DNA of 64,000 nt from Nostoc sp. (GCA_036918135.1 JBALDB010000007.1:352001-416000); one strand, 5' to 3'. Shown: positions 21,012 to 30,754, counted from the stretch's first letter. A program made the numbers and translations. Notes: generated from the sequence alone by a model not told the origin.

Positions 21012-21533
21012 CTAACGCTCTTTTGAAATTATACAATTTTCATTACTAATACTTACTTTTTCAATAAAAACATCATGACAAGAGTAAAGAATATCATTTA
21101 TAATTTTATTAGCAATACTTTCAAAATCTTGACTTTTTAATTCACGGGCAATATCACCACTTAAGTTAATAGAAACAGTTAAATTTTGAGGATTACTGCT
21201 AGACTGTTGATTATCCTCTAATTCTGGGTGAGCTTCTGTTATTCCTAAATCAAAATCTTTAATCCAAGCATAAAAAATTTTACCGTTTTGCTGTCCGTAA
21301 ACCTTTACTTTTTGAACAGACGCAGCCCCTAATTTAGTTAATCCTTTACGGACAAATGCGACCAAGGTTTGCTGATTTGGTACTTCAGCAGATTCTAGTA
21401 TTACCTCCAAGTAAGCATCCTTGAAGGCAACTTTTGCAGTAATCCCTTTGGGTTGTAGATGGCGGTTCATCAGAGATGCGATCGCCTCTACATCTCCCTG
21501 TTTTGCAAGTTCCACAATATTTAGCTGAGTCAT
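21012..21533 (-). CDS. Hypothetical protein (N-terminal domain paralogous to 19348-20835)
   Basis: First ~95 aa align with the neighbouring gene. Confidence 0.7.
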   Translation of the reverse strand: MTQLNIVELAKQGDVEAIASLMNRHLQPKGITAKVAFKDAYLEVILESAEVPNQQTLVAFVRKGLTKLGAASVQKVKVYGQQNGKIFYAWIKDFDLGITEAHPELEDNQQSSSNPQNLTVSINLSGDIARELKSQDFESIANKIINDILYSCHDVFIEKVSISNENCIISKER

Positions 21534-21619
21534 AGCTAGTAAAAGAAAAAACCTGAGAAAATAAACTTATATTCTCAGGATTCCCTTTTAAGGGGCTTAA
21601 ATAACATTGCCAAAAATTA

Positions 21620-22459
21620 CTATTTATTTTCTGTACTTGCCAAATTGGTAGGATTAATATTAATTAATGGTACTGAGCCGTTACCACCAATCACCATTGG
21701 AAAACGACCATCCCATTTTTCTATTGCTTGCTTCTGCAATAATTCTGGAGTTAAAGTTAACCTCTGTAATCTTTGCGCTTCTGCTTGACCTTTAGCACGA
21801 TTAATTTCTGCTTGAGCTTCTTGAGTTGCCTTTTGGGCAATAAATCCAGCCTGTTTGGCCTCTTGTTCTGCTATTTGTTTGGATTCAATAGCTTTACCAA
21901 ACTCTGGAGAAAAGGCAAAGTCTACTAAAGAAACATCATCTACTATTAAACTATATGCTGCCAAACGAGTTTTCAGAGTATTATCAATTTCTTCTTTAAG
22001 TTCAGTTCTCTTAGTAATAATTTCTTCAGCTGTTTTCTTAGATGTTGCTGCTTTCAAAACTTCAGATACAGCTGGAGTGATGATTCCTGTAATAATTTGC
22101 TCTTGCTCCCCAACTTGTTGAAAAACTTTATTGACTCGGTTCGGCTCGATATGCCAGTTAACAGCGATTTGTGTTGTGAGTTTCTGGAGGTCTTTAGAAG
22201 CAGCATCAGATTGAAAAGTATTTTGCTGCACGCGCACACTCAATCTTTTGACTGATGTCACAATCGGTAGAATTGGGTGAATACCTTCATCTAAAACTCG
22301 ATCCTGGACTTTACCAAATTTCATAATAACGCCCCGTTCGCCTGCATTCACAATAGTAAAAGGGCGGATAATTATTGCCAGAATTAATAAACTTATTCCT
22401 CCAACAAGATAAAAGCTATATTTCAAGTTATTGCTAGGAATCCGGCTATTGTTACGCAT
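21620..22459 (-). CDS. Prohibitin/SPFH family protein
   Basis: AGERGV, AASKDLQ, AIESKQIAEQEA, KWDG. Confidence 0.92.
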   Translation of the reverse strand: MRNNSRIPSNNLKYSFYLVGGISLLILAIIIRPFTIVNAGERGVIMKFGKVQDRVLDEGIHPILPIVTSVKRLSVRVQQNTFQSDAASKDLQKLTTQIAVNWHIEPNRVNKVFQQVGEQEQIITGIITPAVSEVLKAATSKKTAEEIITKRTELKEEIDNTLKTRLAAYSLIVDDVSLVDFAFSPEFGKAIESKQIAEQEAKQAGFIAQKATQEAQAEINRAKGQAEAQRLQRLTLTPELLQKQAIEKWDGRFPMVIGGNGSVPLININPTNLASTENK

Positions 22460-22603
22460 ATTTGTTCTGGTAAATTAAGTGATATAGTCGTTTGGCTATA
22501 CCTTCCCAATAAATGATACAAGTTGAATAAATAATCTAATTTGTAGATACACCGCTGTCACTAACAATTTCGGAAAAAATACTTTTTCAAATCAATTTAA
22601 AAT

Positions 22604-23269
22604 ATGAAGATTTATCAACATCATACTTGGCCTTCGACAGTGGACGAAGCCATAGCTATCCAAGAACAGTTGCGAAATCAGGTAATTACATCGGATCGAC
22701 TGCAAGAACCCGTGCAGTACGTTGCTGGAGTGGATATGGGTTTTGAAGCTGATGGCACCATTAGCCGTGCAGCTGTAGCAGTACTGAGTTTTCCTGATTT
22801 GCAAATAATTGAGACAAGCCTAGCGCACCGTCCTACAACCTTTCCTTATATTCCTGGTTTCCTTTCATTTCGGGAAATTCCCGCTGTCCTAGATGCTTTA
22901 GAGAAGATTAAAACAACACCAGATCTAATTCTGTGCGACGGCCAGGGAATTGCCCATCCTCGGAGATTTGGTATAGCAAGCCATTTGGGGTTACTTGTGG
23001 ATATACCGTCAATTGGTGTAGCTAAATCATTGTTAATCGGTAAGCATGAAGAATTGCCAGAAACCAGAGGTAGCTGGCGATCGCTAATCCATCAAGGTGA
23101 AATAATTGGAGCAGTTTTGCGATCGCGCACAGGAGTAAAACCCTTGTACATCTCCAGTGGCCATCGAATCAGTCTACCTACAGCAATTGAGTATGTATTA
23201 CGCTGCACGCCGAAATATCGCTTGCCAGAAACTACACGCATTGCTGATAAATTAGCATCAGCAAGATAA
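22604..23269 (+). CDS. nfi: Endonuclease V
   Basis: AGVD, PYIPGFLSFRE, DGQGIAHPR, GVAKS, LPETTR. Confidence 0.95.
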   Translation: MKIYQHHTWPSTVDEAIAIQEQLRNQVITSDRLQEPVQYVAGVDMGFEADGTISRAAVAVLSFPDLQIIETSLAHRPTTFPYIPGFLSFREIPAVLDALEKIKTTPDLILCDGQGIAHPRRFGIASHLGLLVDIPSIGVAKSLLIGKHEELPETRGSWRSLIHQGEIIGAVLRSRTGVKPLYISSGHRISLPTAIEYVLRCTPKYRLPETTRIADKLASAR

Positions 23270-23376
23270 AGGTTATTGAAGTTTTTTTTAAATACTTGCT
23301 TGCACCTAGTAAATCATGTTAGGAATCGCACAGAAACAAGTTGAAGTAACTAAATACCAATTAAGAAGTTAGAACA

Positions 23377-23949
23377 ATGAACGCACTAACTTTACAGTGG
23401 CACGATGCAGGTGAAGGTAAAACTGAGAACATTTACGAGCAACAACCAAGTAAAAATCCTGGTACTGTCCGCATCGGTCGCGATCCTCAGCGGTGCGATA
23501 TTGTTCTGAATAATCCTACTGTATCTGGTTTGCATATTGAAATATTTTTTCATAACCAGCAACAGCGCTTTTACGTTAGGAACTTGCGATCGCAAAATCC
23601 CCCCCTAGTCGATGGACGGCAACTAGTCCAAGGTGAAATGCCTTTAACTGACGGCACTATTATCTCTTTAGGACAAATACAACTCAAAGTTACTGGTGTT
23701 TCCAACAACATTCCGGCAACAATTTTAGTGCCACCGCAACCCCCAGCGGTCAACCCCAAACCAGTGAATAGCGGACATCACCATCATCACCATTCACTAA
23801 CACCCCCCACACCACCGCCAGGAGTTTATGGCTTAGAATGTCCCAAATGTCACAAAGTTTCCCCGCCAGAGTATCTGCAAATTGGCTGTCCTTGGTGTGG
23901 GACTTCTTTGGCTGCGGCTGTGAGTGTGTTAGTAGCACCGGGTAGTTAG
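23377..23949 (+). CDS. FHA domain protein with C-terminal zinc ribbon
   Basis: IGRD, VSGLH; Pro-rich linker with His6; CPKC...CPWC. Confidence 0.85.
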   Translation: MNALTLQWHDAGEGKTENIYEQQPSKNPGTVRIGRDPQRCDIVLNNPTVSGLHIEIFFHNQQQRFYVRNLRSQNPPLVDGRQLVQGEMPLTDGTIISLGQIQLKVTGVSNNIPATILVPPQPPAVNPKPVNSGHHHHHHSLTPPTPPPGVYGLECPKCHKVSPPEYLQIGCPWCGTSLAAAVSVLVAPGS

Positions 23950-23999
23950 GGGGATGGGAGTGTGGGGAGTGTGGGGAGTCAGAGATAAGAATTAATAAC

Positions 24000-24040
24000 C
24001 AATGCCCAATGACAAATGACAAATGACAAATGACAAATGA
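24000..24040 (+). repeat. STRR heptamer tandem repeat (CAAATGA)n
   Basis: Direct tandem copies running into the next start codon. Confidence 0.85.
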
Positions 24041-25995
24041 CTAATCAGCTACAAATCCAATTAAGTTGGGAAGATCCAGCAACTGGAGAACGACGAGAAC
24101 CAATGTTGAGTATACCGATCGCCTTTGGTCGGGAATTTGCCCGGTTACCTGCTGAAGTAGCAGGACAGCGGGTTTCAAGGATGCTGCTCAATAGTAATGA
24201 AGTTTCTCGCTACCATGCCCTAGTTGACTGGGAACTCAATCATTTGGTGGTGATTGACCAAGGCAGCGTTAACGGTGTCTATGTCAACGGTATACAACAA
24301 AAGCGCAGTGTTCTGACTAATGGCGATACGTTGCAAATTGGCCCCTATGTGATTACAGTCAAGTTTGCACCTAGTTTTACCGAACCAGATACCAGCCCCC
24401 CTTCAACGATTCGCTTTAACCCAAATACCAATACTCCAGACCCCAGTTTGCCTGTAGTTCAGCCTGGAATCTCCGCAGGCACCAATTTTCCGCCACCAGT
24501 TTTTCAAGCAGAAAAAGTTCCCGTGCAAGCGCTTTATGCTACTGGACTGCCAGTGGATGAATTTGATTATCTAGCGATCGGGGCGGGACTGGGTAACTTT
24601 ATTTGGGTTGATTTGCTGCGAATTAGTGGTGTGCGTGCTGACAAGATTGTAGCTGTAGGATTAGAAGCCGAACCTTATGCCCGTTATAAGCGCCTGTGTC
24701 TGAACTCCCAAATTCCTTTATATGAAAGACTGCGCTCAAATTCTGATTCTTGTCCTGATAATATTTGGGGCTGGCCTAGTTATGCCTTGCGCGAAGCTTG
24801 GAATGACTTCACCAAGGGACAAATAAATTCAGCATTGAAATATTTATGGCAGGTGTTTGCTGAACCAACATTTGCCGAAACTTATACACCGCGTGCCGCT
24901 AACGTCTTCAATTCTATAGACAGAGAGGCCAAGCGCATTGGCTGGAACCAAATTTATCGCTATGGGCGAGTTCGGGCAATTCGCAAAACAGATGATGGCA
25001 GGTATTGCGTAGCCTATTCTCGCGCCCCAGGAAATTACGCTTTTTTAGTTAGTCGTTATTTACATTTAGCTACTGGATATCCGGCAATTCAGTTTCTCCC
25101 AGATTTGCAAGCTTATAGAGAAAAATATCAAGACTTTAAATCTGTTGTGAATGCTTACGAAGCACACGATGGCGTTTATCAGCAACTAGAGCAACAGGGT
25201 GGTACAGTATTGATTCGGGGACGGGGAATTGTGGCTTCGCGGATTGTACAGCGGATTTATGAAGCCAGAAAGCGAAATCGGAATATTTCAGTTTTGCATT
25301 TAATGCGATCGCCTAAACCCCAAGGCAACAAATTTCAAAATGCCCAGCGCGTAGTCAAAAATCATTACGAATTTCAACCCTTTAACTGGCCGAAAGCTTG
25401 TTGGGGCGGCGAACTCCGGGCAATGTTAGAAAAAGCTAGCCCCGATGAACGCAAAAGCTTACTAGCAGACTGGGGTGGTACCACCACTGCCGACAGACAT
25501 GATTGGCAGGACATTACTGCCCAAGGTTTAAGCGAAGGCTGGTATCAAATTACCTTCGGTGAAGTGCTGAATGTGGAACGAGATCCCCAAAACCGGACTA
25601 TTACCCATATCCGAGAAAAAAGCTTTGGGGAAATGAAGTTGATGGCTGACTTTATTATTGATGCTACTGGACTGGATGCCAAAGTAAATGCTAGTCCCCT
25701 ACTAGAAGATTTTGTCAAACATTACAACTTACCACTGAATCACCTGGGGCGATTGGGTGTAGCGAACAATTTTGAATTAGTAGAAATGCGTAGCGACAGA
25801 GGACAGGTGTATGCAGCAGGGGCGATTACCCTTGGTGGCCCTTATGCCGCAGTTGATAGTTTTTTAGGTTTGCAATACGCTGCATTAGTCGCCGTTGATG
25901 GACTCGCCGCCGCCCGTGCGCCTGGAGTTCATCGGTTGAATTTTTTTAGATCCTTTGGGCAGTGGTTGAAGTGGGCGTCAAATCAGTCACCTTAG
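24037..25995 (+). CDS. FHA domain fused to an FAD/NAD(P)-dependent oxidoreductase-like domain
   Basis: FHA (FGR, VSRYHA, SVNGVYVNG); Rossmann motifs AIGAGLG and IRGRGIVA; LATG and DFIIDATG. Confidence 0.8.
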   Translation: MTNQLQIQLSWEDPATGERREPMLSIPIAFGREFARLPAEVAGQRVSRMLLNSNEVSRYHALVDWELNHLVVIDQGSVNGVYVNGIQQKRSVLTNGDTLQIGPYVITVKFAPSFTEPDTSPPSTIRFNPNTNTPDPSLPVVQPGISAGTNFPPPVFQAEKVPVQALYATGLPVDEFDYLAIGAGLGNFIWVDLLRISGVRADKIVAVGLEAEPYARYKRLCLNSQIPLYERLRSNSDSCPDNIWGWPSYALREAWNDFTKGQINSALKYLWQVFAEPTFAETYTPRAANVFNSIDREAKRIGWNQIYRYGRVRAIRKTDDGRYCVAYSRAPGNYAFLVSRYLHLATGYPAIQFLPDLQAYREKYQDFKSVVNAYEAHDGVYQQLEQQGGTVLIRGRGIVASRIVQRIYEARKRNRNISVLHLMRSPKPQGNKFQNAQRVVKNHYEFQPFNWPKACWGGELRAMLEKASPDERKSLLADWGGTTTADRHDWQDITAQGLSEGWYQITFGEVLNVERDPQNRTITHIREKSFGEMKLMADFIIDATGLDAKVNASPLLEDFVKHYNLPLNHLGRLGVANNFELVEMRSDRGQVYAAGAITLGGPYAAVDSFLGLQYAALVAVDGLAAARAPGVHRLNFFRSFGQWLKWASNQSP

Positions 25996-26039
25996 TATAA
26001 CGGGGCAGGAGGCAGGGGGAATACAGTATTTATCTAACT

Positions 26040-26340
26040 GTTTTGAGTACTAAACTTGAAACTTGAGGGGTAAAGGTGCAACTTCGAGGATTAAAGGTGC
26101 AACTTCGAGGTTCAGAGGCTCAACGTTCAAGTTCAAAGGTGCAACTTCGAGGTTCAGAGGCTCAACGTTCAAGTTCAAAGGTGCAACTTCGAGGTTCAGA
26201 AGCTCAACGTTGGAGTTCAAAGGTGCAACTTCGAGGTTCAGAAGCTCAACGTTGGAGTTCAAAGGCTCAACGTTCGGGTTCAAAGGCTCAACGCTGAAGT
26301 TCAAAGGCTCAACGTTCGAGTTCAGAGGCTCAAAGGCTCA
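26040..26340 (+). repeat. 21-bp minisatellite array A (~12.6 units) with conserved left flank
   Basis: Units TTCAAAGGTGCAACTTCGAGG and TTCAGA(G/A)GCTCAACGTT(C/G)(A/G)AG from 26069, partly alternating (42-bp period). Confidence 0.95.
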
Positions 26341-26419
26341 AATTACAGGCGATACCATCAGCCCACCTGGGATTTAAATCGTAGGCTAACAGCAGAAGTC
26401 AGTTAAAACTGACTCAAAT

Positions 26420-26527
26420 TATCGCTGTAGCCACACCCTTTAGGACAAAATGGCAAGCGTGAATTACTAGGAATAATAATAGTTCTACCTCCTGCCTCCT
26501 GCCTTCTATCTCCTGCCTCCAGCCATA
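26420..26527 (-). mobile_element. MITE-like element (family 1) nested between inverted long REP-like repeats
   Basis: Reverse complement matches 9460-9541; flanked by inverted hairpin-bearing repeats at ~26362-26415 and ~26535-26590. Confidence 0.6.
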
Positions 26528-26628
26528 ACTAAAATTTAGTCCGTTTGAACGGACTTAAGCTATTAGCCTTGGAATTGATTCTGAGGCGGGATAACAACGA
26601 AGTGAAGAATTTGCCTTTAGCAGTTTCT

Positions 26629-26877
26629 TTACTTGGTTTTTTTGTTTGTTGGACGTACTAAAGTTTTAACTAAACCCGTAATTGCAACAATCACAGAGGC
26701 AATTCCGGCGATGGATACTGAAGTCAAAATTGCCACTGCAAGGATGATTTCGCTGGGACTGTCCCCGTTTCGCATCCAAGTAGATGGATTTTCTACTAAT
26801 GTTGGTGAGGCGGGGATTAATTGCGAAGTTTGGGTGATTTGATTAGCGTTGACTGGAGTTGTTAAGACAGTTTTCAT
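26629..26877 (-). CDS. Small hypothetical membrane protein divergent from the NLR-like gene
   Basis: 82 aa, AGAGG RBS upstream of the ATG, C-terminal hydrophobic helix and basic tail. Confidence 0.6.
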   Translation of the reverse strand: MKTVLTTPVNANQITQTSQLIPASPTLVENPSTWMRNGDSPSEIILAVAILTSVSIAGIASVIVAITGLVKTLVRPTNKKTK

Positions 26878-26955
26878 GGCTGAACCTCTTCTAAATGTTT
26901 GTATACAAATGGTATTCCTGCTAAAAGAAGAGGAGATTCCATAGAAATCGAGACA

Positions 26956-26985
26956 AAGTAGAACGAAAGTAGAAATGAAGTAGAA
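26956..26985 (+). promoter_or_regulatory. Three phased AAGTAGAA direct repeats (11-bp period)
   Basis: Copies start at 26956, 26967 and 26978 in the divergent intergenic region. Confidence 0.55.
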
Positions 26986-27011
26986 TCGAGAAGAAATCTC
27001 ACAAGCTGTCT

Positions 27012-30000
27012 ATGGAATGGGCTGATTTTTTAGCCACTGAAGCTGCTACTAATAGCTTATCCCCAGAGCAAACGGCAGCTTTGGTAGAGCGTTTAAAGAC
27101 TGAAAACTCAGGAAAGAGTGAGGCGAAACTTGCCAGCGAATTAAACATTGGTGCGGCTGCTTTCAAAAAGCGGATGGCTGAGGTATATGACAAGTTCGCG
27201 AAGAGTTATCCTCAATTAGCCACTTCTAACAGTCGCGGTAAGCTGGAAAAGTTACGGGCTTGCCTGATAAACAAATATAATGGCGGGCAAGATGTACAAC
27301 CGACAATTAAAGAAATTCATCAAAATATTCCCCCTGCTGTTCCATTTGAAAAATTTGTGGGACGTGAGGCGGAATTAGAAGAACTGCATTCCTCATTACA
27401 AACATCTCGGCAAGTTGCAATTGTAGCTGTGGGGGGTATGGGTGGAGTCGGGAAAACAGAACTCGCTACCCAATATGCCAAAAAGCATTTGCAGAAATAT
27501 CAAGGTGGAGTTTGCTGGTTATCAGCACAGGGAATAGATATCGGAATTCAAATTCTCAGATTTGCGGAATTAAAATTTAAACTCATTGCACCGGATGAGT
27601 GGGAATTAGCAGATAGGCTGAGATACTGCTGGCAGAATTGGCAACAAGGTGAAGTGCTGCTGGTGTTTGATGATGTCACCGACTACAAAAAACAGGTTCA
27701 GCCTTATTTACCACCAGAATCATCCCGGTTTAAAGTATTGCTGACAACCCGCTTGGGGTTTGATAGAACTTTGCTGCAATTGCCTTTGGATGTTCTCAAA
27801 CCATTGGCGGCGATGAAATTATTAAAATCGCTGGTTGATAGACAACGGCTGAAAAGCGAGGCTTGGGTTGCAAGAAAAATTTGTAAATTCTTGGGATACT
27901 TACCTTTGGCGTTGGAGTTAGTGGGGCGATATCTGGATACAATGCCAGATTTATCTCTGGAAAAACTGCTGAAGCGGCTAGAGAAAAAGCGACTGGAACA
28001 CGAAGCAGTAGCTAATGCTAACCCATTAATGCGTTATGAATATGGTGTGGCAGAAGCTTTTTCATTGAGTTGGGAACAGTTGGATGAAAATGCACAACGC
28101 TTAGGCTGTAGGCTGAGTTTGTATGCTTTGGCTGATATTTCTTTTTTTGTTGAGGCGGTAGAAGATGAAGATGCACAAGAACTCACGGAGAAAGCTATAG
28201 CCCAGTTGCGGAAACTGCATTTAATACAATGGCAAAGTAAAGGAATTTATCGTCTACATCCACTGATTCGGCAATTTTTCCAAATGAAGTTGGATGAGTC
28301 AAGTGAGGCCCATAAGGTAAAAACTGCTTTTGTAGCGGACATGGTAAAGGTAGCAAAGCAAATTCCTGATCAGCCTAACCTTGAAGATATTTTCAACCTC
28401 ACTCCATGTATCCCTCACCTTGCAGAAGTTGCAACCCACCTATCCCAATATCTCAGCAGCGAGGATTTAATTTGGACTTTCACAGGCTTAGGCTGGTTTT
28501 ATAAAGGCCAAGGACTTTATCAGCAAGCAGAACCTTGGTTGCAGCAGTGTGAAAAAGTCACTAAAAATCGTCTTGGTTTAGAACATCCCGATGTTGCCAC
28601 TAGCCTGAACAATCTTGCAGTACTCTACTTTTCTACAGGACGCTACAGCCAAGCCGAACCCCTGTTACAGCAAGCTTTGTCACTGAGAAAACGCTTACTG
28701 GGAGAAGAACATCCCGATGTCGCCATTAGCCTGAACAATCTCGCAGCACTTTACTCTTCTACAGGACGCTACAGCGAAGCTGAACCCCTGTTACAGCAAG
28801 CTTTGTCACTGACAAAACGCTTACTGGGAGATGAACATCCCGATGTTGCCACTAGCCTGAACAATCTCGCATTACTCTACTTTTCTACAAAACGCTACAG
28901 CCAAGCCGAACCCCTGTATCAGCAAGCTTTGTCACTGACAAAACGCTTACCGGGAGATGAACATCTCCATGTTGCCACTAGCCTGAACAATCTCGCATTA
29001 CTCTACTCTTTTACAGGACGCTACAGCCAAGCCGAATCCCTGTTACAGCAAGCTTTGTCACTGAGAAAACGCTTACTCGGAGAAGAACATCCCGATGTTG
29101 CCAATAGCCTGAATAATCTCGCAGGACTCTACTTTTCTACAGAAAGCTACAGCCAAGCCGAACCTTTGTATCAGCAAGCTTTGTCACTGAGAAAACGCTT
29201 ACTCGGAGAAGAACATCCCGATGTTGCCAATACCCTGAATAATCTCGCAAGACTCTACGATTCTACAGAACGCTACAGCGAAGCTGAACCTCTGTATCAG
29301 CAAGCTTTGTCACTGAATAAACGCTTACTGGGAGATGAACATCCCGATGTTGCCAATACCCTGAATAATCTCGCAGGACTCTACCGTTCTACAGGACGCT
29401 ACAGCGAAGCTGAACCTCTGTATCAGCAAGCTTTGTCACTGAATAAACGCTTACTGGAGAAGAACATCCCGATGTCGCCATTAGCCTGAACAATCTGGCA
29501 GGACTCTACCGTTCTACAGGACGCTACAGCCAAGCCGAACCTTTGTGTCTGCAAGCTTTGGAACTTCAAAAACGCTTACTGGGAGACAACCATCCCGATG
29601 TCGCCACTAGCCTGAACAATCTCGCAGAACTCTACCGTTCTACAGGACGCTACAGCCAAGCCGAACCTTTGTATCAGCAAGCTTTGGAACTTCAAAAACG
29701 CTTACTGGGAGACAACCATCCCGATGTCGCCACTAGCATGAACAATCTCGCAGCACTCTACTTTTCTACAGAAAGCTACAGCCAAGCCGAACCTTTGTAT
29801 CAGCAAGCTTTGGAACTTCAAAAACGCTTAGTGGGAGACAACCATCCCGATGTCGCTGCTAGCATGAACAATCTCGCAGCACTCTACGATTCTACAGGAC
29901 GCTACAGCGAAGCCGAACCTCTGTATCTGCAAGCTTTGTCACTGAAAAAACGCTTAGTGGGAGACAACCATCCCGATGTCGCTGCTAGCATGAACAATCT

Positions 30001-30157
30001 CGCAGTACTCTACGATTCTACAGGACGCTACAGTGAAGCTGAACCCCTGTATCAGCAAGCTTTGACAATTTGTGAACGTACTTTAGGTGTAGGTCATCCC
30101 GATACAATCATGGTGCGGGGAAATTATGAAAGGTTTTTAAGAGAAGCATATCGCTAA
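27012..30157 (+). pseudogene. HTH-NB-ARC-TPR (STAND/NLR-like) protein, split by a 1-bp frameshift at ~29456 (real or sequencing error)
   Basis: FVGRE, Walker A GMGGVGKT, Walker B LLVFDDV, LLTTR, GYLPLAL, LHPLI; 12 x 42-aa TPR; TTACTGGAGAAG is one base shorter than sister repeats; restored length 1048 aa. Confidence 0.85.
28580..30065 (+). repeat. 126-bp intragenic tandem repeats (12 TPR units)
   Basis: Repeated CATCCCGATGT(T/C)GCC...AACAATCTCGCA...CAAGCTTTG. Confidence 0.92.
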
Positions 30158-30378
30158 CGATCGCCCCCTTTCTCCCAAAACTACACCAAATTGATGCCAC
30201 ACAACAGTTGTAGTTTAAAGTTTAAAAGCGATCGCCCATCAATTGTAACTTCAAGGGGCAACGCTTTCTCTTGTCTCTTGCTTCGCGTCTTTTGCGGTTC
30301 GATTCTCATGCCCCCTCATATCCAAAGTACAGTAAAAAATAGAGCGTAGGCTTACCCCGTCGTAGACATCGCTTAGTC

Positions 30379-30632
30379 GTTTTGAGTCCCAAATGCCAAA
30401 TTTGAGGTTCAGAAGCTCAACTTTCACCCTCAGAAGCTCAACTTTCACCTTCTGAGGCTCAACTTTCATCTTCAGAAGCTCAACTTTCACCTTCAGAAGC
30501 TCAACTTTCATCTTCAGAAGCTCAACTTTCACCTTCAGAAGCTCAACTTTCACCTTCAGAAGCTCAACTTTCACCCTCAGAAGCTCAACTTTCACCTTCA
30601 GAAGCTCAACTTTCACCTTCAGAAGCTCAACT
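30379..30632 (+). repeat. 21-bp minisatellite array B (~10.7 units)
   Basis: Unit TTCAGAAGCTCAACTTTCACC from 30408; left flank homologous to that of array A. Confidence 0.95.
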
Positions 30633-30754
30633 AGCGATGGCTAAAGTCAGTCACTGCTTTTAAATCATTTCTGTGCAATGTATCTTTACCTCAAACAAAG
30701 GAGATTTTAAAATCGAGACAAAGTAGAATCAAAAATAAATTACACAAACTATTT

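Noticed and set aside
26069..26333. 21-bp arrays (also 30408-30632) as CRISPR arrays
   Set aside because: Head-to-tail units with no unique spacers and no cas genes in the window
26050..26377. Overlapping ORFs across array A (and 30251-30616 across array B) as confident genes
   Set aside because: Open frames are expected from a stop-free 21-bp unit; no convincing start or RBS; kept only as a hypothesis
28580..30065. Diversity-generating retroelement target
   Set aside because: No reverse transcriptase or template repeat in the window; AAC/AAT codons within the repeats are largely invariant and an NNA codon varies with a fixed third A
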